This document shows positions 49,501 to 61,735 of a stretch of DNA of 64,000 nt, in pieces. The DNA is taken from assembly GCA_964187785.1 (NCBI GenBank), contig OZ076409.1, forward strand, positions 65,288,001 to 65,352,000, in the 5' to 3' direction. This DNA comes from Amphiscolops sp. MND2022 (taxonomy: Eukaryota). The position numbers were made by a program, and so were the translations under genes. The number at the start of each line of letters is the position of its first letter. Within the stretch, counting starts at the first letter, position 1. Below the pieces are notes generated by a model. That model did not search any database, was not told the DNA's origin, and saw only the letters and a program-made list of their open reading frames with translations.

Positions 49501-52500
49501 ATAATAAACTATAATAATAAACTAAACCATAATATTAAACTATAATAATAATAATAAGGATGCTAAATCTTGTCAGCCACCCTGTACAGAACAATTTGTC
49601 GAACTTAGAACAAAAGAAGACAACGACGCATTGACAGAATACTACTTCTAATATCAGCCTGAAGAAATCAAGGCATATGTAAAAAAAATTCGATTTCCGA
49701 TATACTGACCTCCTAGATGAAGAATTGGTTGTCTTGACAGACATGCTTATTGACGCAGCGGACGTGTATTCACAACACAAATTTGACGTGGGAAAAGTAC
49801 GTCAAAAATTTCACGTAACCCGAAAGTTCGGAACTCAAAAAACAACGACCAAGCAAAGCACCCCTCCACTTGAAAGACAAACTTGAGAAACTACTTGGAC
49901 AACTCCAAGAAGCCGATATCATTAGCGAAATGGGAGACAATGACGAATTGGGTTCCCTTTTGGTCAATCCGATCATTCTAATGCCCAAACCAGACTACGT
50001 AAAGTTAGTAATCGACGCCCGCTACTTAAACTCTATAACGGATCTAACGAATTATTCGTGGCCATTAGAGCCCATACAGACGATCATGACTCGAATTAAC
50101 GGAAAATACTTCACAGTCAGCAACTTATCTTGCGCATATCACCAAGTTCCATTGAGCGACGAGACCCAAAAGCTCACTAGTTTCATCATCGGCGGAAAAC
50201 AGTATACGTATGTACGCGGTTTTTACGGACTCAGTGGACTTCCAAACTTTTTTTAGCCGTCTCATGGCTATACATTTTGAGTCCCTTATCAAACGAAAAC
50301 AAGCAATCACCTACCTTGATGACAGCCTAATGCAGGCTCAGACTAAACAAAAAATGTTCACAGTAATTCACGAGTACCATCAACTCCTAAGGAAAGCTGG
50401 ACTTGAAGCTGCACCTGAGAAGACAAACTTCTTCATCAGAAAAGTCCAATTCCTGGGTCATGTTATTTCTGAAAAAGGAATACAGCCCTTAGCAAAACGA
50501 GTACAGGATCTCAAAAACTTGAAATCACCCGAAAGTAAAAGGGAGGTGATGAAAGTACTTGGCTGTCTTGGGTTTTATAGTTGCTATATCAAAAACTTAC
50601 ATGTGGACAGTCAACCCTTCTACGATTTGATCAAAGCTACAACACCTTTCAAGTGGACGAAAGAACATGAAGAACTTTTCACCGATATAAAAAATCGAAT
50701 ATGTGAGGACACTATCCTTGCCGTTCCATCAACTGAGTACCCCTTCCACATACACGTCGATTCTTCAAATGTTGGTACCGGTTGTATTTTAGTACAACAA
50801 TTTCCAGAAGGGAAAAGGATAGTTTCTTTCAAGTCCCTTCACCGTGAATTGTGTGGTATAGTATCAGCACTTCAAACATACGAACACTACATTATTGGAT
50901 CTCCATTCCCAATATACCTCTACTGCGATCACAAACCCATCCTAAACCTTTGGGGAAGGAAAAGACAGCTCTCCCACCGCTTTTTCAAATACCAGGTGAT
51001 CATCACCAAAATCCAAAATCTCAAAATTATCTGGACTAAAGGATCCAATCTCGCATTTCCAGATATACTTAGTCGGAACATCACATTGGAGGAAACCAAA
51101 AACTTGCAAAAACTACACAAAGAAGTACCGCTAGATCTCAGTTTCTATGATGAATTTGGATCGAAAGTACATTATACAGTCAGTACATTATGACGACGGT
51201 CAGTGTGGAAGCAATGATTTTTTCCCTATCCTTTGCCGAAAGGGCAAAGATCAAAGACTACTCCATCTCAAGAATGACAGAGAGGAACATGAAGTAGAGC
51301 ACTACGAGAACTAACAAACAGTAATGGCGACTCACCAAGACATCGCCGATTGTTTCAAATTGGGAAAGTCAATCAACCAATACAAAAACCTCTGTCTTCC
51401 CTCATACAAAATACAGTGCGAACCCGAATATAGTAGAATAGACGAAATTGAAACAAATTCTAGTGATGACGAAGAGGATGTCGCCGAACTCCACCTTTCT
51501 AGCGTAGATCACGAGTTCTATCGTGATAAATCAACGGCAAAAAAAGTCCCACACGTTGACACTAAAGACCTCCTACAAAAACTGATTGTTCTAAAATCGC
51601 TGATCTAGATATCACGACTCTAGTTGCAGAGCAAATCAACGACCCCGTATTACAAGTAGTACGATCCTGGGTTAGAAACAATAACAAGCCAACCACCAAA
51701 AAACCTGAAATACAACAATCGAAGACCTTACTATCGTATTTCAACAATTTTAACCAACTTTTTCCCGATAAAGAAAGCAATCTACTCTGCTATAACGAAC
51801 CTGTTCATGGAACGGACATATTCGAAATGAAAATTTGTTTCTCCTTATCATTATTCCTGCCCCTCTTTAACATAGCTCACGCTCACACTCACAGCGGTCA
51901 CCCAGGCATATTCAAAACATTCGAAAACATCAGACAGAATTTCTTTTGGCCTGGACGATAAAAGTGGATAGTATCCCTCGTAGAAGATTGTTTACAGTGC
52001 CAGACTAATAAGTCTAAACGATACGATTTACAAGAAGCACATCTTGAACAGTGGGGTGAATTCGAAACAACCCCTTTCAAAACGATTCATATCGACCATA
52101 GAGGTCCCATCAGACCAAGCAGTAATTTGAAGACATATTGTCTAGTTGTAGTAGATGCATTTTCAACATTTCTTGGAGTCTACCCTGTTCGAGATACAGG
52201 AGCTCAGATTACAATCAATGCACTCGAAAAATGGATTAAATCCTACGACATCCCTCAAAAGATTGTCCACGATAATGGCTCAGCTTTCATCAGCCGTGAT
52301 TTTGTAAATTGGACAAAAGAATTTGGGATAACGCTGGCACCACGCACTGCATACTCGCCTTGGACGAACGGCAAAGTCGAAATCCAAAACGAACATCTCA
52401 TGACATACTGGACAAGTTTCACCAACGAGTCAGGAAACAATTGGTCGTCATTTGCGTCCAAATTTGCCTTTGCCCATAATACAAGCGTAAATTATACAAC

Positions 52501-54125
52501 GGTATGACTCCTTACGAAATTGTTTTTGGCGTTAAACCACAAATACCTATGACGCTGAGACTCGCACTTTTTCGCGACAAAAACAAACAATGCAAATCTG
52601 AGTTTTGTGCGGATCTACAACCTCACACCCATAGTGAAAATAACCTCTGAAACAATTCCCTTGATCGACTTCTTAAACCACAGTTATCTTCCGAGCTACT
52701 CACAAGAGAAAACGAATTCAAGTCAATCAACTCATCCACCCTCAAAAGAGAAATCACATCAAAGGCTCATGAGTATCGGAACCGTTTCAAACTGGGAAAA
52801 CCGCTCGAAGTCGGTCAAAAGGTTCTATTAGAAAATGACAAACCCGACCTATTCAAATACCAGAAATTGAAACATTTACGAGTTGGACCCTTCACGGTGA
52901 TAAAACAGAAAGCTATTACCACATACGAGATAAAAGAAGACGAAAACCCCGAGAACGTTAAAGTCACTCATCGAAACCAGTTACTAGAATATTTCCTCAA
53001 AGAGGAGACCTTGCCCCCATTGCTATCAAATTACGCTCCCAGAGAACAAGACGATAATTTTTACAAGCACTTGATCCAGAGTCAAATTGACAAACACAAT
53101 TCAGGACAATCTGAGCATAAACTAGATTTTATGCCACTCATCATAACCCCCCTTTCAGGGCCCAACAACAACAACACTACCAAAGGTTCTGAGTTTTCCC
53201 CCAGCACCGATTCTGGATTCCGTTCTCCGAAAACCCCACAATTTCACACCCCGATACCATCTACGTCTAACAACACCGTTCCAAGGGCACGTTCCCATCA
53301 CAGCTGTAGAACAAATCCACTTCCACAAACTGCATTGCCACTCGCTTTCTCTTCCAACACTCCTACCCAACTACCCAAGAGAACACCGGTTCTCCCGTCC
53401 GTACACCCTATCCACACAATGTCTCCCCCCGATGAAACTTCCCCAAAAACAGGAAAGTTATCTAACTTCAAGAAGAAAGTAACTACACGGTTTTCCGAAA
53501 AACCCAAAATTCCTAAATACGAACGAAGCACCCCCGGTAGCTCTCTCAGGGATATAGAACGAAAAGGCTATAAAGATTAGAAAGTAAATGATAACTCTAG
53601 CATTCACCACAACAACAAAATTTTAGCTGCGCTAAAATCCTGAACTATCTTTTTATTTCACAAAAAAATCTATGTAAATCGGACACTACACATCACTCTC
53701 TGTGTCATGAGACCCAGGGACAGAATAACTTATCGAAGAAAAACCCATGAAAGCGTGCATAATTGTGCCAACCCCTCTTTCCTGAATCTCGAACTCTTCG
53801 ATTGTCTTCAGGTCCTGAATGACATTGGACAATTTCTCAGCCTTACTGATAACTGCCATCAACGTACATGTTCGTTGACCACAACTTTTTGGATCGGGAA
53901 TTTCGATCTTTTCAAAAAAAACTTCAATTTTTTTATCACCTAGTCACAAAAAAAGTGGCTGCCCAGTGACCTCTTGGATACAACAACCACAAATTTATTA
54001 CCAGACAATTAGCAATAGCCTACGCTTACTGGTATACCCTTTTAGAACCCCTTACTCAATCAAAAGATTTTTGCCAAAAATCTTTACTTGGATCAATAAT
54101 TCCTGTATCAGAGAAAATTCGTGGC

Positions 54126-54325
54126 ATGGCGGTTCACCTTAAATGGTTGAACTGCATGGAATAGATACCACTGTGACTGTTGACGGTTTTCTTCAACAAG
54201 TCTTCCCAAGAGGCAAAACCACAAACAAAATTGTGCTATGGCGGTTCACCGTAAATGGTCGAACTGTCTGGAATAGGTAGCACTGTGACTGTTGATTTTT
54301 TAATCAACAAGCCTCCATAGAGGCG
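54126..54325 (+). repeat. Duplicated structured motif of about 90 nt (period 112 bp)
   Basis: atggcggttcacc.taaatggt.gaactg...ggaatag.ta.cactgtgactgttga...tcaacaag.ct.c..agaggc occurs twice. Confidence 0.8.
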
Positions 54326-56055
54326 ACTGCTCGAAACTTTTGGCCAACTTCCCTCATCTTTGGCTAAATGTTTGGATAATTATTATCAAAACGTTCTCTT
54401 ATTTCTCAACTTACAACGTAAAGTTGAAACAAAGTTATTACAAAAAATAATATTGAAATAAGAGACATCACAAACACAATTATTTACAAAAAATACAAAG
54501 ATTTACAAAATATCTTCCCTCTCAGCGGGGATAATAGCTGCCCCATTAGGAGGCGGATTGGGGTGCCCAGAACACAGACACACCATATATCTCCCCAACT
54601 CCGCTAGGTCCTGCAGCACTTGAAAAAACTGGCTCCGATCCAGCCGTCGAGCTATGTCTGGTCGATCTTGTGGAGCAGTCATCTCTCACCCCCGTACAAT
54701 AGCTTTGAGTTTAAAAACCCATGCGTCCTTGGTTCCGGACTGTACCGTCTCCCTCAACTAAAACAAACTGCAATCAATACACAAAACACAAAATCTCACA
54801 AACGTTTCCGTCTCTGCTCATCTTATCGCACTTAGAAACTACAGTTACAGAACTTACAGAATCGATACTAAGGACGATACTTTCCGTTTCCTTCTTACTC
54901 TTCGTGCTAAGAACTATATTAAAACCTCTTCCTTACAATGTTTCGGCATCACAAGTTAAACCACTCAACAACTTACGTGGTCGCCTAACGTCAACCTCAC
55001 TGCTCTCCAGAGTGGTTCTGGGCGTCGCAGAACTTCACCCACCGCAGTTGTCCCCGCCATCATTGGAAGCTCCTGATCGGTCACCAATGATCGCATATCA
55101 GCGAAGAGATCTGGTGCGAGATAAGCGTCATCAGCGGTAGAGAATGGCAAACGGTTCATCATGTAAAAGAAAAATCTAAATCACAACAACTAACTTGCAA
55201 TTTCAAATTTCATTTTCACCACCCCCCTTATGCCAATAAAAAATTTCCCTTCATTTTACACTCTGTTGTTCAACACTGTTTTTGTTTTCCCTCCAAGATT
55301 TACCACCATATGCTTCAACAATTTTTCTACTTCTTTTTCGGCGGTCGAGCGTGTCATATACACGATGACAAAAACTCAAAAAAACGAATATTGAAAACGA
55401 ACTTACTTGTGAATATGAAGAAATCAGACTAACATCCGAGAACGTATTCAACACAAACAAAACTTAAGCCACCATTTCAAAAACACACATGGCGTCCATA
55501 GAACTGAACCATTACAAAAGCACACTGTGAACAAACAATTTTTCAAACCACTCAAAACCACAAGGCAGCCAAAAGAACTAAACCATAACAAAAACGCATT
55601 CACTACAAGGCAAACTTCAAAACACAACTTCAAAAACACACATGGCACCCACAGTTCTCCAACAACAACAGCGCGTTTTTAATAAAAGGAACAGATGAAA
55701 ACCAGTGATGCAAGTCAAAGAAAACAGAAAAGAGGAGTCAACAACTAAAAGAAATTAACAAAAGAAGTCACTGCATGTTTTAACAAAAGCATGTAGAAAA
55801 CAAAAGAACACAAAATTTATATTACAAAGACTACAAAAAGAAGCAGATAAGTAGGAGAACAAAAAAATTAAGACAAAGCTCTGCTAAAGGAGAACCTTGT
55901 GAAAAGAACAAAAACACAATCGTATAAAATTTTGTCTCTTGAAAAGTCAAGCTCTTGCAACCGTAAAATTTGTTTAAATTTTACAAAATATGTCAAGTAG
56001 CATTTTCGAACATTGTATTTCATTTTAGTCAACTTTCAGCCAAATTCAACCAAAG

Positions 56056-56483
56056 ATGAAGCCCGTCTTATCCCAATCATCGTTATCAATAAAATCAATT
56101 TCAACTGCACATGGAATGTGATGCCCGAAGTCGAAGAGACTTCCATGATTGTACAAGAGTTTAACTGGAGCTGGCATCCAGCGGCAGATGTGGAAATTCG
56201 ATTCCACAATTACAGGTCAAAGCGAACGTACCATAAATGGTTAAAACCGGGATCATTTCTCTACATGTCTCTCACAGCAGCTCTAGTCACTTACAAAAGG
56301 GAACATGAACCGCAACTCTCTAAACAGGATATTGATGCCTTGAGCGCCATAACGGACCAAACGGACGCTACCTGCCGAAGTTCGAACTATAAAGACATGT
56401 ATATAGATATATTAGAAACCCTGATGCTCGGGCAAAAGATGGACAATTTTTTACATGTAAATAAAAGTCTTCTTCTTACATAA
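56056..56483 (+). pseudogene. Accessory ORF A (consensus about 144 aa, unknown function), unit 1
   Basis: ATG 17 nt after TTTCAG; a 7-nt deletion near the start relative to unit 2; rest open. Confidence 0.6.
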
Positions 56484-56554
56484 TTCATTTCTCTTCTCTT
56501 CGTTGTCATTTTAACTTAAACTGATAGCTCATCTGTAATCATTCATTTCAGCTT

Positions 56555-57054
56555 AGCACGGTAACGATCATAGTATCAATCTCTGCCGTGGTTGAAAAAC
56601 TTTTCAGCACGGTAACTATCAGAGTATCAATCTCTGCCGTGGGTAAATAACTTTTCAAAAAATCGATCACAGTAACGATCCTAGTATCAATCTCTGCAGT
56701 GGGTAAATAACTTTTCAAAGTCGAGCACGGTAACGATCACAGTATCAATCTCTGCCGTGGGTAAATAACTTTTCAAAGAATCAAGCACGGTAACGATTAT
56801 AGTGTCAATCTCTGCCGTGGGTAAACAAATTTTTCAAAAGCAAGCACGGTAACGATCCTAGTTATCAATCTCTGCCGTGGGTAATAAATTTGTTTCACTA
56901 AGCACGGTAACGATCTTAGTTATCAATCTCTGCCGTGGGTAAAAAAGCATTTCAGCACGGTAATGATCACAGTATCAATCTCTGCCGTGGGTAAAAAACT
57001 TTTTAGCACGGTAACGATTATAGTATCAATCTCTGCCGTGGGTAAAAAACTTTT
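56555..57054 (+). repeat. Array of 9 hairpin repeats (about 40-bp core plus 10-20-bp A/T linker), unit 1
   Basis: AGCACGGTAACGATNNNAGTATCAATCTCTGCCGTGGGTAAA x9, period 51-60 bp. Confidence 0.92.
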
Positions 57055-57073
57055 GATTATTTCAGTTCATCGT

Positions 57074-57292
57074 ATGACTTACATCAAAATTGAAAACAAA
57101 TTCTACCGGATCTATCAGACTGAGCTGGACCAAGATAGAATTTATATCTATCTAAAACACGACATCACTTCAAAAAAAGACATTGTGTTTGAATATCGAC
57201 AATCAGTCTACTGGGACTATTTTCTACACCTTATGACATTTGTGGGAGACATACCTACAGATTTGTTTAGAGGAGAAAGCAACCGCCTCTAA
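57074..57292 (+). CDS. Accessory ORF B (72 aa, unknown), unit 1
   Basis: ATG 9 nt after TTTCAG; intact in both units; MTYIKIENKFYRIYQTELDQDRIYIYLKH... Confidence 0.6.
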   Translation: MTYIKIENKFYRIYQTELDQDRIYIYLKHDITSKKDIVFEYRQSVYWDYFLHLMTFVGDIPTDLFRGESNRL

Positions 57293-57710
57293 TGAACCCA
57301 AAGTCTGTTCTCAAAAAAGACTCCCGCAAAAGAGCAAAACCGAGAATTACACAAAACTATCATTTTCCTACTATCTACTGGGACACCCTTTGGGAGAAAA
57401 AATACGAAGAACGTAGTTTCAACTGCCCATGGATAATTTTCGTTAGTGAAAACAACACAAAATTTTTGATTACCTATATTCGGTGAACTTGGACTTACGG
57501 AAGCAAGATTTGCATTCATTTCGAACGTTATGACCTGCCCAATAAAAAATACCAGAGGCAATTCTACAAAGACACTTTCCTATATGCATCACTAGCCGCT
57601 TCCGTCATTTTGTAAGAACACAAACCCGAAAGACACATCACAAAATTTTATTTAGATGTGCTGGGAGAATTAACCAGTGTTATGGACATCGAATGCGTCA
57701 CCTCCCCTAA
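57292..57710 (+). pseudogene. Accessory ORF C (consensus 138 aa, basic, Cys/His/Trp-rich), unit 1
   Basis: Starts in a TAATG overlap with ORF B; TGA at 57484 and a 2-nt insertion, both absent from unit 2. Confidence 0.55.
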
Positions 57711-59857
57711 ATAAAACCAGTTGTACACGGATCTTATCCAATTTTATGACTTGTAAGTTTCATAAACTAAAATCTTGTATTTTGTGTTGAATAAACTCTT
57801 ATAATCTCATTTCACTATCTTTTATTTCAAATTCAAAACCCATAATTTCACTTCTGTTAACAGAGTGTGGTTTCAGTGCTTATAATAACGGCTATCAACT
57901 GAGCCAGATACTGAAACTCTCAATCTATAGAATCGTGCACCAAATATAAAACTAAAACAGTGGTCACAACAAGCTACCAAACATCTATTTACTTTCGCTT
58001 TAGTTGAAGTCATTAGACAACATTTACCTCATTTCAGCCCCTGGAAGCATTTCCACGCCTGATTCAATTTTGATTCGCATCTGGTGGTCAACTAGACTCC
58101 GTCGACTCCTGGTTAGCAAGCTACCAAATTTATATCCAAATTTTGATTTGGTTGAAGACAGTAGACAAAACTTGTCCACTTTCAGTCATCCCGAAAAGCA
58201 GTCTTCATCAGTCAAATCAACCTTGATTGCAACTGGATTGTCAAATTCGACTCCACCAACTCTCGGTTAGCAAGCTACCGTTTAAATTTTCCCCTTCCTA
58301 AACTAATTTTAACATTTTGCCCTTCACAAAAAAGAAGTTTTGGCAATACCTAAGGTTCCTCCCATTAGATCCAAAATGTGCAGTGAATTCTTTATTATAC
58401 TCATTACGTGCTACACCCTCATCAATGGCCTTTCCAAACCCCAATCTGGACGACATTGCATAGAGACTCAGCAAGTCACATTATGAATGTGGAGAGATGA
58501 CTGAAAACAAATTATAGAACACAGACACACCATATATCTCCCCAACTCCGCTAAGTCGTGTAGCACTTGAAAAAACTGTCTCCGATCCAGTCGTCGAGCT
58601 ATGTCCGGTCGATCTTGTGAAGCAGTCATCTCCCACCCCCGTACAATAGCTTTGAGTTTAAAAACCCATACGTCCTTGGTTCCGGACTGTAGCGTCTCCC
58701 TCCACTAAAACAAACTGCAATCAATACACAAAACACAAACTCTCACAAACGTTTCCGTCTCTGCTTACCTTATCGCACTTAGAAACTACAGTTACAGAAC
58801 TTACAGAATCGATACTAAGGACGATATTTTCCGTTTCCTTCTTACTCTTCGTTCTAAGAACTATATTAAAACCTCTTCCTTACATTGTTTCGGCATCACA
58901 AGTTACACCACTCAACAACTTACGTGGTCGCCTAACGCCAATCTCACTGCTCTGCGGAGTGGTTCTGGGCGTAGTAGAACATCACCCACCGCAGTTGTCC
59001 CCGCCATCATTGGAAGCTCCTGATCGGTCACCAATGATCGCATATCAGCGAAGAGATCTGGTGCCAGATAAGCGTCATCAGCGGTAGAGAATGGCAAACG
59101 GTTCATCATGTAAGGGAAAAGTCTAAATCACAACAACTAACTTGCAATCTCAAATTTCTTTTTCACCACCCCCCTTATGCCAAAAAAAATTTCCCTTCAT
59201 TTTACACTCTGTTGTTCAACACTGTTTTTGTTTTCCCTCCAAGATTTACCACCATATGCTTCAACAATTTTTCTACTTCTTTTTCGGCGGTCGAGCGTGT
59301 CATATACACGATGACAAAAACTCAAGAAAAACGAATATTGAAAACGAACTTACTTGTGAATATGAAGAAATCAGACTAACATCCGAGAACGTATTCAACA
59401 CAAACAAAACTTAAGCCACCATTTCAAAAACACACATGGCGTCCATAGAACTGAACCATTACAAAAGCACACTGTGAACAAACAATTTTTCAAACCACTC
59501 AAAACCACAAGGCAGCCAAAAGAACTAAACCATAACAAAAACGCATTCACTACAAGGCAAACTTCAAAACACAACTTCAAAAACACACATGGCACCCACA
59601 GTTCTCCAACAACAACAGCGCGTTTTTAATAAAAGGAACAGATGAAAACCAGTGATGCAAGTCAAAGAAAACAGAAAAGAGGAGTCAACAACTAAAAGAA
59701 ATTAACAAAAGAAGTCACTGCATGTTTTAACAAAAGCATGTAGAAAACAAAAGAACTCAAAATTTATATTACAAAGACTACAAAAAGAAGCAAAGAAGTA
59801 TGAGAACAAAAAACTAAGACAAAGCTCTGCTAAAGGAGAACCTTGTGAAAAGAACAA

Positions 59858-60343
59858 CAAGACGAGAACGTCTAAAGTCGGCGCCATATCTAAGGCTCAA
59901 AAAGCGTAAAACACTTTTTTTGAAAAAAAATTGAAATTTTTGAAAAAAATTTTTCTTTCAAAAGAAGTCGCATAGTGCCGAAAAATGTAAAAGGGGGGAC
60001 CCTTCTTTATTTATTAACAAACATTCCGTTGCAAAATATCAAAAAACTCAAAGGGGGGACCCTTTGGGGACATTAAAAAATTTTCGAAAAAAAGTCGCAC
60101 AGTTCCAAAAAAAATCCAAAGGGGGGACCCTTTGGGCACGCCCGGTTTTGTATGTTTCCTTGAAAAAGTAAAAAATGAAAGGGGGGACCCTTTGGAGTAA
60201 AGTTTGCCTTGGGCGGACTTGGCCAGGTGCTCTGCGCAGAATTGTAAAAAGTGGACCGATCAGAGTGAGGATTGTAGTCTGAAGAAAAAAAAAGGTCACT
60301 GCTATAGTCGGACATATTTCCTTAAAAGGAAAACGCGCCGACT
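59858..60343 (-). mobile_element. Complete HINE inserted in cassette unit 2
   Basis: Absent from unit 1 (gaaaagaac|aaaaacac); minus strand TT|AGTCGGCGC...GCGCCGACT-TT-AGACG-TTCT-CGTCT-TG|TT. Confidence 0.88.
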
Positions 60344-60489
60344 AAAAACACAATAGTATAAAATTTTGTCTCTTGAAAAGTCAAGCTCTTGCAACCGTAA
60401 AATTTGTTTAAATTTTACAAACTATGTCAAGTAGCATTTTCGAACATTGTATTTCAATTTAGTCAACTTTCAGCCAAATTCAACCAAAG

Positions 60490-60923
60490 ATGAAGCCCGT
60501 CTTTGATGATATTCCAATCATCGTTATCAATAAAATCAATTTCAACTGCACTGGAATGTGATGCCCGAAGTCGAAGAGACTTCCATGATTGTACAAGAGT
60601 TTAACTGGAGCTGGCATCCAGCGGCAGTTGTGGAAATTCGATTCCACAATTACAGGTCAAAGCAAACGTACCATAAATGGTTAAAACCGGGATCATTTCT
60701 CTACATGTCTCTCACAGCAGCTCTAGTCACTTACAAAAGGAAACCTGAACCGCAAATTTCTAAACAGGACATTGATGCCTTGAGCGCCATTACGGACCAA
60801 ATGGACGCTACCTGCCGAAATTCGAACTATAAAGACATGTATATAGATATATTAGAAACCCTGAAGCTCTGGCAAGAGATGGACGATTTTTTACTTGTAA
60901 ATAAAAGTCTTCTTCTTACCTAA
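60490..60923 (+). pseudogene. Accessory ORF A, unit 2
   Basis: Intact start MKPVFDDIPII, 1-nt deletion at about 60551 where unit 1 is intact. Confidence 0.6.
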
Positions 60924-60994
60924 TTCTTTTCTCTTCTCTTTGTTGTCACTTCAACTTAAACTGATAGCTCATCTGTAATCATTCATTTCAGCTT

Positions 60995-61498
60995 AGCACG
61001 GTAACGATCATAGTATCAATCTCTGCAGTGGGTGAAAAACTTTTCAGCAAGGTAACGATCAAAGTATCAATCTCTGCCGTGGGTAAATAACTTTTCAAAA
61101 AATCGATCACGGTAACGATCCTAGTATCAATCTCTGCAGTGGGTAAATAACATGTCAAAGTCGAGCACGGTAACGATCACAGTATCAATCTCTGCCGTGG
61201 GTAAATAACTTTTCAAAGAATCAAGCACGGTAACGATCATAGTGTCAATCTCTGCCGTGGGTAAACAACTTTTCAAAAGCAAGCACGGTAACGATCCTAG
61301 TTATCAATCTCTGCCGTGGGTAAAAAAAAATTTGTTTCACTAAGCACGGTAACGATCTTAGTTATCAATCTCGGCCGTGGGTAAAAAAACTTTTCAGCAC
61401 GGTAACGATCACAGTATCAATCTCTGCCGTGGGTGAAAAAACTTTTTAGCACGGTAACGATCATAGTATCAATCTCTGCCGTGGGTAAAAATCTTTTG
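60995..61498 (+). repeat. Array of 9 hairpin repeats, unit 2
   Basis: Same units in the same order as 56555-57054. Confidence 0.92.
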
Positions 61499-61516
61499 AT
61501 TGTTTCAGTTCATCGA

Positions 61517-61735
61517 ATGACTTACATCAAAATTGAAAACGAATTCTACCGGATCTATAAGACTGAGCTGGACCAAGATAGAATTTATATCTATCTAAAA
61601 CACGACATCACTTCAAAAAAAAACATTGTTTTTGCAGATCGACAATCAGTCTACTGGGACAATTTTCTACACCTTATGACATTTGTGGGAGACATACCTA
61701 CAGATTTGTTTAGAGGAGAAAGCAACCGCCTCTAA
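61517..61735 (+). CDS. Accessory ORF B (72 aa), unit 2
   Basis: Intact copy. Confidence 0.6.
   Translation: MTYIKIENEFYRIYKTELDQDRIYIYLKHDITSKKNIVFADRQSVYWDNFLHLMTFVGDIPTDLFRGESNRL

Larger units (their letters stand above)
48255..53580 (+). pseudogene. pol: Pol of element B: protease, macrodomain, RT, RNase H, integrase (multiple frameshifts and stops)
   Basis: MLDTGA, LLGIDF; LVIDARYLN, YLDD; HVDSS, YCDHKP, FPDILSR; H-H-C-C, IHIDH, VVVDAFS, HDNGSAF, NGKVE; VGPF. Confidence 0.93.
54569..58515 (+). repeat. 3.95-kb tandem cassette, unit 1
   Basis: agaacacagacacaccat starts at 54569, 58516 and 62979; units are colinear and highly similar. Confidence 0.95.

Noticed and set aside
54721..55140. 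139-aa ORF
   Set aside because: The ATG is absent in units 2 and 3 and there is no recognisable motif
56555..57054. Array as a coding repeat (STVTIIVSISAVGKKLF), pre-miRNA cluster or spliced-leader RNA genes
   Set aside because: Unit lengths of 58, 59 and 53 break the frame and contain stops; stems of about 10 bp are too short for pre-miRNAs; units are too short for a full SL RNA despite GG|GTAAA donor-like ends
56555..61498. CRISPR arrays
   Set aside because: The linkers are short, homologous A/T-rich sequences, not unique spacers; there are no cas genes and the context is eukaryotic
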